Assembly: GCA_963674945.2 (NCBI GenBank)
Contig: CAXXWQ010000002.1
Coordinates: forward strand, 608,001-672,000
Reading direction: 5' to 3'
DNA length: 64,000 nucleotides
Source of the DNA: an uncultured Desulfosarcina sp.
GTDB lineage: Bacteria; Desulfobacterota; Desulfobacteria; Desulfobacterales; Desulfosarcinaceae
A model generated the notes under the pieces. It was not told the DNA's origin. It saw only the letters and a list, made by a program, of their open reading frames with translations, and searched no databases. Positions 56,979-64,000 of the stretch are shown here, piece after piece (within the stretch, counting starts at the first letter, position 1; each line of letters begins with the position of its first letter). A program made the translations under genes and the position numbers.

Positions 56979-58346
56979 CTAACTGCCGTCATCTTTGAAT
57001 GTATTGCCATGCAAGGACTTTTTCGATACAACAAGCATCCCCCAAGGTGTGAGCGCCGGAACTTCAACGAGTCGCCAGTCTCCTTGGACAGTGATCGGTA
57101 AGACGGTCGTTTGTGATAGGTTAGCGTAGCCTTTTTTTTCCTCCGCTTCCGCATGCAGCTTCGCATCGTAAGGAACAGGCGACTTCAGTGATACCGAAAT
57201 TTCACCGGTTTCAAAGAATGCCGGCACATTGAGTCGAATCCGCAGAGGACGCGGCTCGCCCCATTCAATTAAATGGATGATGACGGCAGCATCGCGATTT
57301 CCCGGTTTTGCACGGATAAAAGCGCTCGTTCGTTCGGCCTTCTCCAGTTCTAGTATCGGACTCGTTGCCCAACGGGAATCCGCCAATCGATATCCGACAG
57401 CGGCAGCGTCTTCATAGCCATCAAAAAAAGCCCCATTTGCCCGAACAAAGCCGTAAAGGTCCGCCAAATCCCTGGGCCGGCTGAAAACACGTGGTTCATT
57501 GACTCCCGCATATTGGTCCCAGGGTACGATAAAATGCATGCCTGTGGCATAGCATCCGGCTATGGCCAACCGATAAGTCTTCAGACCTAAATTTTGATTA
57601 GATGTGTAAACCAAAGACTTACCAAATCGACTTGCACCTTTGGATACGTTCCAGAAGAAATCCGGTTTAACCTTGTCCCTTCCCATTTCGGTCATCCCGA
57701 AGTCAAAAAGTATCGCGACATGCCTGCCCTTTCCACCGAAAACGGACCCGTTCCACATGAGATTGCAGGATAGCGGCACATGTCGGCCCGTTTGTTTTTC
57801 AAAACTTGCATGGATCTCTCGAAAAAAACGCACCGCGTCCGGAATCGAGGTCCGCTTGCATGTCGTCGGCTCGTCTCTCTGGATGCTGTCGGCGCCGACC
57901 TTTACCCACTCTACCATCTGTTGCAGGTACCACTGGCGGTATGATATGTTGCCGTTGTCGGCCCAGTAGCGCCCGTCCTTTTGAAAATGATCCAACGTTG
58001 GTTGGTCATTCTCGTCCCTCTTGGCATGTTCGGGATTCGGCGTCGTGGCGTTCATTGTTCCCTGAAAAGTCCAGCCGAGGTCATGGATCATCTTGATGTA
58101 CCCGGGATCTTTAATGTAGGACCAGTCTGCCCGCGTAATATGAAATGCCTTGGCCGCTGCCAGCTCCGCCTGATCCTTTTTCTTTACGAATAATCGCATC
58201 GACACGTCGCTTGGACGAGGCGCTCCTTCTGGCCGTTTTGCATGTTTGGCAACTTCAGATACGGTAGCACCGAGGCACACATTCATTGTCATGAATGCTA
58301 ATGCAAAGATCGCAAGCCCGATCCTGATAATTCTTTTCCAGGGCAT
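56979..58346 (-). CDS. Secreted hypothetical protein (possibly carbohydrate-active)
   Basis: 455-aa ORF with signal peptide; no family motif recognised with confidence. Confidence 0.6.
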   Translation of the reverse strand: MPWKRIIRIGLAIFALAFMTMNVCLGATVSEVAKHAKRPEGAPRPSDVSMRLFVKKKDQAELAAAKAFHITRADWSYIKDPGYIKMIHDLGWTFQGTMNATTPNPEHAKRDENDQPTLDHFQKDGRYWADNGNISYRQWYLQQMVEWVKVGADSIQRDEPTTCKRTSIPDAVRFFREIHASFEKQTGRHVPLSCNLMWNGSVFGGKGRHVAILFDFGMTEMGRDKVKPDFFWNVSKGASRFGKSLVYTSNQNLGLKTYRLAIAGCYATGMHFIVPWDQYAGVNEPRVFSRPRDLADLYGFVRANGAFFDGYEDAAAVGYRLADSRWATSPILELEKAERTSAFIRAKPGNRDAAVIIHLIEWGEPRPLRIRLNVPAFFETGEISVSLKSPVPYDAKLHAEAEEKKGYANLSQTTVLPITVQGDWRLVEVPALTPWGMLVVSKKSLHGNTFKDDGS

Positions 58347-58402
58347 TTTAACGAAATCTCTTTCTATTCGTCGAACCGGTTATTATGCCATTTCACATTC
58401 TA

Positions 58403-59083
58403 TCAGGAATCGTTATCCAGAAGCAATTGCCTTAGAATCATAGGGAAACTGACAGATGAAATCATTGTCGGATCACTTTCCCCCTCGTCAGCCCTTCCAT
58501 TGAAATTAAGGTCTTCATCGCCATCGGATATGAAATCCCCATCTGTATCCCAATTGGTTGGCGATGTCGTGGTTGTCGGGTCTTCGTCCGGAACGAACCA
58601 CTCAATATCCGTTTCCGGTCCGATATCCGCCAGGGTCAGTCCAATTTCCGTTCCATCCTGGATACCGTCGTCATCAGTGTCCGGGTTGTAGGGGTCGGTT
58701 CCATAAATATCGGTTTCATCATTATCCGTAATGCCATCATTATCGCTGTCCTTCGCATCCGCTATAATTGCATTGACTTCATCCGAGTCTTCGCTTTCCA
58801 GATTATCGATGAAGGCGCGTACCACAAAATAGTGGGTAACCTCTGTTTCCAAATTTTTTATGTCAGCGCTTTCATCACTCCCGGTCCATATCGGTTGTGT
58901 ATAGTCGTACGTTTGGCCTTCCATCCGATGATAGATGCGGTACCCCTCGGGTGCCGGATCAGCTTGTTGCCAACTGATAACAAGATGTCCGGCATGTATG
59001 AATCCGGCAGTGGCAAAGTGGCATAATAGAAACGTTACTGTGAATAGAAATATTCTTTTTTTGATGGGCATCCCTTTTGTCAT
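58403..59083 (-). CDS. Secreted fibronectin-III-like plus DxDxDG (thrombospondin-3-like) repeat protein
   Basis: Signal peptide; W…GYRIY…YFVVRAF…ES..S; DSDNDG, DTDDDG, DTDGD repeats. Confidence 0.75.
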   Translation of the reverse strand: MTKGMPIKKRIFLFTVTFLLCHFATAGFIHAGHLVISWQQADPAPEGYRIYHRMEGQTYDYTQPIWTGSDESADIKNLETEVTHYFVVRAFIDNLESEDSDEVNAIIADAKDSDNDGITDNDETDIYGTDPYNPDTDDDGIQDGTEIGLTLADIGPETDIEWFVPDEDPTTTTSPTNWDTDGDFISDGDEDLNFNGRADEGESDPTMISSVSFPMILRQLLLDNDS

Positions 59084-59538
59084 GCTTGTTTCCTCTGTGG
59101 TTTCTGATGACAATCGATAACCCGCAGAGGTCTTTGCCGCTTGTGATCGATAGCCATTTTGCCGGTATATCAGTTGCGTATGGATCCTGCTCCGTTCCGT
59201 TGGCATAGCTATTTGATGTAAGAGGTTTCCAGTGGACTTCAGACAAATTTTTTTCTGGGATTTATGTTCGTGCTGCTGCATTGGTAGTGTAAAGGAAGCA
59301 ATTTAGATGCCAAAAAATTGCAATGGTCAGCATTTGTTTCTATCCTGCTAAAACAACAGGACTTATGCATTCCTTGATATCAATTGACAGGGGGTGATAG
59401 GCAAATAATAAAACGATTTATGCAAGAATGGTAATTGGGGCGGCTTATAAAAGTTCGTTTTTTTCACTCGTACCTTGGTTGATGCATGGCTTGGTGTCAA
59501 TGGGTAGGTGTCAAAATTCTGACCATAGAAACATTTTT

Positions 59539-59569
59539 TCGCCACAGACACACACGGACGCACACAGAC
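59539..59569 (+). repeat. Truncated copy of the 113-bp repeat
   Basis: TCGCCACAGACACACACGGACGCACACAGAC. Confidence 0.85.
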
Positions 59570-59767
59570 AAGAGTACTCTTTCAATCCAAATAGCATTTC
59601 AAAGCTGTTTCACTTTGTATTAAGAGTAAAAAAAGTAAAAAAAGGGACAGGTACTTAATACTTTAGTATTGACACCTATGGAAATTTGAAATAATTTGTA
59701 ATTGTTACATGGATACCGTCTAAATTATTAGGAAAAAAGTTGTTCGTAAACTTAACACAACCTTTAA

Positions 59768-60223
59768 ATGCCTAAGATGATACGAGAAAATAAAAAGCTA
59801 CCAGATGGCACGAAAGAAAAGATTCCGGAGCTTATCAGGTCTATAAAACGTGACAAGGAGGTTATTGCGCTCTATTCGTTCGGGAGTTTGGCAAAGGATG
59901 CACTAAGGCCAATGAGCGATCTTGATTTCGGTGTACTATTGAACAATAAAATTACGAAAAAACAAAGTATTGAAAAGCACATTGAGTTAATTGGATTGTT
60001 CACGGAGTTATTTAAAACAGAAGAGATTGACTTGATCCTTATGAACCAATCGCCAAGTCACATTGCTTTTCAGATAATTAAAACTGGAAATCTTCTGTTT
60101 TGTGGTGATCGGCGGTCGCTCGTAGATTTCATAGAAAGAGTAATTGGATTGTACCTGGATTTTAAACCTTTAAGAGAGGAGTTCGATTCAACTTTCATGG
60201 AAGGGATAGGCTACTATGGATGA
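59768..60223 (+). CDS. mntA: MNT nucleotidyltransferase antitoxin (MntA-like)
   Basis: FGS…SDLD motif, IDLI; directly upstream of a DUF86 gene. Confidence 0.8.
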   Translation: MPKMIRENKKLPDGTKEKIPELIRSIKRDKEVIALYSFGSLAKDALRPMSDLDFGVLLNNKITKKQSIEKHIELIGLFTELFKTEEIDLILMNQSPSHIAFQIIKTGNLLFCGDRRSLVDFIERVIGLYLDFKPLREEFDSTFMEGIGYYG

Positions 60224-60662
60224 CCGAATCAAGGAGCATCTGAAGCACCTGAACAAATACTATTTGCTCTTATTGGAGTCCAGAAAAATACCATATGATC
60301 AATTCATGGTTAACCCCCTGCATCAGGGAAGCACCGAACGATTCCTTCAATTAGCCATTGAAAGCTGTATCAACATAGGAAATCGGTTGATCTCCTTATA
60401 TCAATTTACGAAGCCGGTTACGACACCGAATACGTACGCGGATATATTCAAAGAAATTGGAAAGTTGGGGGTCGTGGACAAAGAATTTTTGCAACGACTG
60501 ATCAAGATGGCAAGATTTCGTAACAGGTTGGTACACTTATATTGGGAAGTAGATATTGAAACGATCTATGACATTCTTCAGAATAACCTCGATGACTTCA
60601 AGCGGTTTCAAAAAGATGTGGTTGGTTTTTTAAAAGAAAATCCACTTCCTTTAAATGAATGA
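60216..60662 (+). CDS. hepT: HEPN/DUF86 RNase toxin (HepT-like)
   Basis: ER.LQ.AIE, P.TY.D.F, RNRLVH.Y (RX4HXY). Confidence 0.85.
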   Translation: MDDRIKEHLKHLNKYYLLLLESRKIPYDQFMVNPLHQGSTERFLQLAIESCINIGNRLISLYQFTKPVTTPNTYADIFKEIGKLGVVDKEFLQRLIKMARFRNRLVHLYWEVDIETIYDILQNNLDDFKRFQKDVVGFLKENPLPLNE

Positions 60663-60684
60663 AACATCTTCTATCGAGGTGATC

Positions 60685-61629
60685 ATGCCACGTATCTCAA
60701 GGATGATCATTACAGAGCAACCAACCGTCTACCATGTAATGTCCAGAACAGCACTAGACGGTTTTCCGCTACATGATTTCGAAAAAGATCATTTGGTAAA
60801 CTTGATCAAGCGGATGGGCAGTCTCTTTTTCACCGAAATGTATGGGTATTGCATCATGGGGAATCATTTCCATCTCTTAGTGAAGATGATTCCTGAGCAT
60901 CATTTCACCGACGAAGAAGTAAACGATCGTTTGATCAGATTCTACGGGGAGAAGAGGGCTCCAATGGGTGAGGGGCAGTTGCCAATCATGCGTCAAAAGT
61001 TGGAAAGCTTGTCGGAGTTTGTACGGGAAATAAAAGTCAATTTTACGCGTTTTTACAACAAACGCCATGGACGGAAAGGGTATTTCTGGGGAGATCGATT
61101 TAAGAGCGTGATCGTTGAAAAAGGAGAGACGCTGATCAATTGTCAAGCTTACATCGATCTTAATCCAATTAGAGCCGGTATCGTAGAAAAACCCGAAGAT
61201 TATCGCTGGTGTTCGCTGGGCTATCATATTCAGACCAATAACAAGGATGGATTTTTATCCACAGATTTTGGATTGAAGGAATTCAACGTAAGAAGGGAAA
61301 AAGAAAGAGTTCGGCGTTACCGGAAATATGTCCATGAAGCCGGTGCGATTCAGTCGGGAGACAAAACTTACGCAAAAACGATAAGCGAAAAGATCATTGA
61401 AAAGGAACGAAGGAAGGATTTCGAAATCACGCGTACAGATAGATTCATTTACCGTACGAGGTATTTTACAGATTCAGGAATTATCGGTTCGCGGGAGTTT
61501 GTATCGGTTAATTATAAGAAGTTTAAGCACTTGTTTCTATCAAAGCACGAGAAAAAACCGAAGCCGGTGAAGGGACTTGCTGGGGTATTTTCGTTAAAAC
61601 GTTTTTCTGAAAATGTTAATTTTCTTTGA
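60685..61629 (+). CDS. Y1 HUH transposase, RAYT/IS200-like
   Basis: MPR..R, YHVMSR, YCIMGNHFHLLV (HUH), FWGDRFKS, YIDLNP.RAG.V..PEDYRW.S. Confidence 0.88.
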   Translation: MPRISRMIITEQPTVYHVMSRTALDGFPLHDFEKDHLVNLIKRMGSLFFTEMYGYCIMGNHFHLLVKMIPEHHFTDEEVNDRLIRFYGEKRAPMGEGQLPIMRQKLESLSEFVREIKVNFTRFYNKRHGRKGYFWGDRFKSVIVEKGETLINCQAYIDLNPIRAGIVEKPEDYRWCSLGYHIQTNNKDGFLSTDFGLKEFNVRREKERVRRYRKYVHEAGAIQSGDKTYAKTISEKIIEKERRKDFEITRTDRFIYRTRYFTDSGIIGSREFVSVNYKKFKHLFLSKHEKKPKPVKGLAGVFSLKRFSENVNFL

Positions 61630-61677
61630 GTCGAATTGACAACAGAGGGCAAAGATAGGGAAAATTCCAAATTACAA

Positions 61678-61860
61678 TCACGCTTGTTAGCCAGTAATTT
61701 TAGTTCTTCAATCATTGATTCCGGAAGGCGGATGGAAATTTTTACGCGTCGAAGGTTTTGTCGCGTTTTACAATGATTGGCTTATTGAAAAAGATTTGTT
61801 CACATTCAAAGGTTGACACATCGTGCCGTTCCCAATTTTGGGTAATATTTCCTTTGATCA
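61678..61860 (-). pseudogene. Collapsed BrnT/BrnA-like toxin-antitoxin relic
   Basis: KGNITQNWERHDVS..ECEQIFFNKP (BrnT-like N-terminus) joined to KISIRLPESMIEELKLLANKRD (CopG/RHH antitoxin-like). Confidence 0.6.
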
Positions 61861-61865
61861 GAAGA

Positions 61866-62855
61866 CTAAATAAATTGGTCATTCCATAGATCGGAGAGAA
61901 AATTTTTCCAGTGCATCGTCTTGATACCATCGGTCACAGTGCTAATCGGATCCTGGCTAACCAGTATGAAGTTTTCAAAAACATTTTCTTCATTCAGGTA
62001 CTTCAAACCCTTGAAGTCACGTGTGCTTACTTTTTTTGATGCTTTTACCTCAATGGCGCTTTTGGTGCCCACCAAGAAGTCGACTTCGTGGCCGGTTTTG
62101 GATCTCCAATAAGTTAAAGGGAGTTTCTTTCGCTTGTAACTCAAGTAAGCCCGCAACTCCATAAAGATGAATTGCTTAAAACTTTTTCCATATAAATTTG
62201 AGTTACGCTCCAGCGTTTCCGTACCGGCCAAAATGTGGGTGATACCGGGATCGAAGAAATAAAATTTTCCTGTTTTTATTGCTTTGCGCTTTTTGGATTC
62301 GGTCCAGGCTGGAAGGAGAAAACCCACCAGTGTATCCTCCAGAAGCGACACATATTCCGTTACAGTTGACGGCGGTACCTGGCAATCATTTGCGAGTTTG
62401 GAGAAATTGATCATTTCACCATTAGCCAGGGCGATGGTTTTTAAAAAGCGTGAGAAGGGCGGAAGGCGCCTGATCAATCCCTCCGCCATTATTTCTTCCG
62501 TAAGATAAGTATTCACATAGGCATCAAGCTCTTCTTCGGGATACTTGCTTAAATACACGGCGGGTAATCCGCCATATCGAAGGTAGCGGTCCAGTGAAAA
62601 ATCTTTGATTTCCCGATGAATCAAAGGAAACATCCCGGCGCTCCAGATGCGGCCGGCAAGCAGATTCGCCTTTCCTCTGCGCAATTTTCTTGCACTGGAT
62701 CCGGTGAGGAGGAAGGTATGGTTGCTTGATTCGATCAATCTATGGATTTCATTAAGAAGATCCGGAACACGCTGGATCTCGTCAATTACGATGATGTTGG
62801 CCGGATTGGCTTTGATTAGCGACTCCAGCTCATGTGGAGAGCTTGATAGCTTCAA
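61866..62855 (-). pseudogene. 5'-truncated AAA+/DUF4143 ATPase
   Basis: IDEIQR, TGSSARKL, LAGR, KFYFFD.G, EVDF…IEVK present; N-terminal Walker A absent (compare 26550-27731). Confidence 0.75.
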
Positions 62856-63025
62856 GTTGTGGATTATCAGGATAATTAGCAATATAATTGTTGTCTGTTA
62901 GAGTTACAAGAAGAAAAAGCAACATTCGGTTTTTAGACAAAAGATAAAGGGGACGAAGAAGGGGACGTTATGTATTTCTTATGGTAAAGAATTTTTATTA
63001 TCTGTGATTTCAAATTGTTAAAAAT

Positions 63026-63152
63026 CCACAGAGAACCCAGAGCCCACAGAGATGGGGGAAATTACAAAAAAGTATTTAGGAGATGGAATAACATCGAACA
63101 TCGAACGTCCAACGTTGAACATCGAATGATGTGGTCGCTTTCGCTCCATCGA
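63026..63152. repeat. Repeat arms: CACAGAG motif, AACATCG heptamers, reverse S motif
   Basis: CCACAGAGAACCCAGAGCCCACAGAGA; AACATCGAACATCGAACGTCCAACGTTGAACATCGAATG; GTCGCTTTCGCTCCATCG. Confidence 0.8.
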
Positions 63153-63225
63153 TACAGGTACACATGCAATCGAAGCGAATAATCCCTATAATCGTTTCAA
63201 ATTATGAGGCGATTGGGAGGCGTAA

Positions 63226-63282
63226 ATGATTCAATATATCTGGCAGCACAAGGAGTGGCCCCACTTTTACTGGCAAAAAAAT
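63226..63282 (+). pseudogene. N-terminal fragment of a Fic/DUF4172-like gene
   Basis: MIQYIWQHKEWPHFYWQ after GGAGG; resembles the YIWQ..WP.F.W start of that family; no continuation. Confidence 0.45.
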
Positions 63283-63345
63283 ATTGATCCAGAATTCGGG
63301 AAGGGGTCGAAGTGTCAGCTATGATCTGGTCTGGCCGGACTGACT

Positions 63346-63474
63346 TTATGCAAAGATTGGTCGATTCGCTTTATAGCAGATATTCGTGATTACGATTTCT
63401 TTGCCGGTTTTATTTACTTTGTCCATTAAAGATAAACATTTCGCCTTAAATTCGGATGCTTTTATAGTTTCCAT
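63346..63474 (-). pseudogene. Truncated Phd/YefM antitoxin (42 aa)
   Basis: METIKASEFKAKCLSLMDKVNKTGKEIVIT, then divergent sequence and early stop. Confidence 0.65.
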
Positions 63475-63515
63475 TTGTTCCACTCGTTGTTAAGGAAAGA
63501 ACATCGAACATTTTT

Positions 63516-63727
63516 TCGCCACAGACACACACGGACGCACACAGACGAAATAGAGCCGATTTCACTTTTTTGACTCATCATCCACGTCCTATCAGCTAAT
63601 TTTCTATAGCCCGCAGCCTACCCCCCTGTTGTCTCCACCCATTACACAACACTGATTTTTCCTCTGCGTCTCGGCGTGCTCGAGCGAAGCCCGATAGGTG
63701 GGACAGGCAGGGCGAGAAAAAGATCAG
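63516..63727 (+). repeat. Variant of the 113-bp repeat family
   Basis: Shares both ends with 25492-25632 (GCCACAGACACACAC…GAGCCGATT and CTGATTTTTCCTC.GCGTCTC.GCGTGCTCGAGC…GGGCGAGAAAAAGATCAG) with a different interior. Confidence 0.8.
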
Positions 63728-63809
63728 AGAATCGATTACTATCATTCAGCCTTGATTTGTCTGTAACCCATACTGATCTCGTAATGAACTTCAATTGTGA
63801 AGGTAACTG

Positions 63810-64000
63810 TTACATCTTACCCTGAAGTTGGCTCAGTGTCTCTTCTAAAATCGGAAGGCGGTATTTGTCTTTGGGGTCTTTTGAGGTTTTTTTCAGTCTA
63901 ATCATCGTTTCAAGATCGAGGACTTTGATCGTGTAGCCTCTGAAAGGAATATTCACCGTGTGTTCAATCAAATGATCGTATGTTTTTCCTCCCTCAATAA
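63810..64000 (-). CDS. 3' end of a probable nucleotidyltransferase-like gene (partial)
   Basis: …IEGGKTYDHLIEHTVNIPFRGYTIKVLDLETMIRLKKTSKDPKDKYRLPILEETLSQLQGKM*; L..LK…R/PKD-type tail. Confidence 0.5.
   Translation of the reverse strand, partial: IEGGKTYDHLIEHTVNIPFRGYTIKVLDLETMIRLKKTSKDPKDKYRLPILEETLSQLQGKM

Overview
Most of this window is a large ABC-transporter-dependent (Kps-type) capsular polysaccharide locus on the + strand (about 2.7-54.9 kb). Gene content and repeat style suggest a Desulfobacterales-like deltaproteobacterium (inference only). Gene order: pcm, yqaA-like, kdsB/kpsU-kpsM-kpsT-kpsE-kpsD, glycosyltransferases, kpsC, kpsS, five sulfotransferase-like proteins (two with very long coiled coils, one built from 189-bp tandem repeats), gmd/fcl, a six-gene cytidylyltransferase/aldolase/dehydrogenase module, and an AT-rich block of GT/FkbM/DUF115-like genes with an IS66 relic. 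The right end carries an IS1595 element, secreted proteins, a HepT/MntA pair, a RAYT-like HUH transposase and several toxin-antitoxin relics. The most striking unexplained structure is in the intergenic gaps from 0.1-32.4 kb and again near 59.5 and 63-63.7 kb. Nearly every gap there holds nested inverted arms, mostly built of degenerate 7-mers. The main element is [heptamer arm]-[GATTCGCCTTCGGCTCAATC]-cargo-[GATGGAGCGAAGCGACAAC]-[reverse heptamer arm]. It occurs empty, filled with a four-helix-bundle (23S-IVS/Avd-like) gene in five states of integrity, or filled with a second hairpin. In two copies one arm is expanded to pure (CTCCTGG)27 and (CTCCTGG)40. All protein calls rest on motif recognition by eye; no database searches were run.
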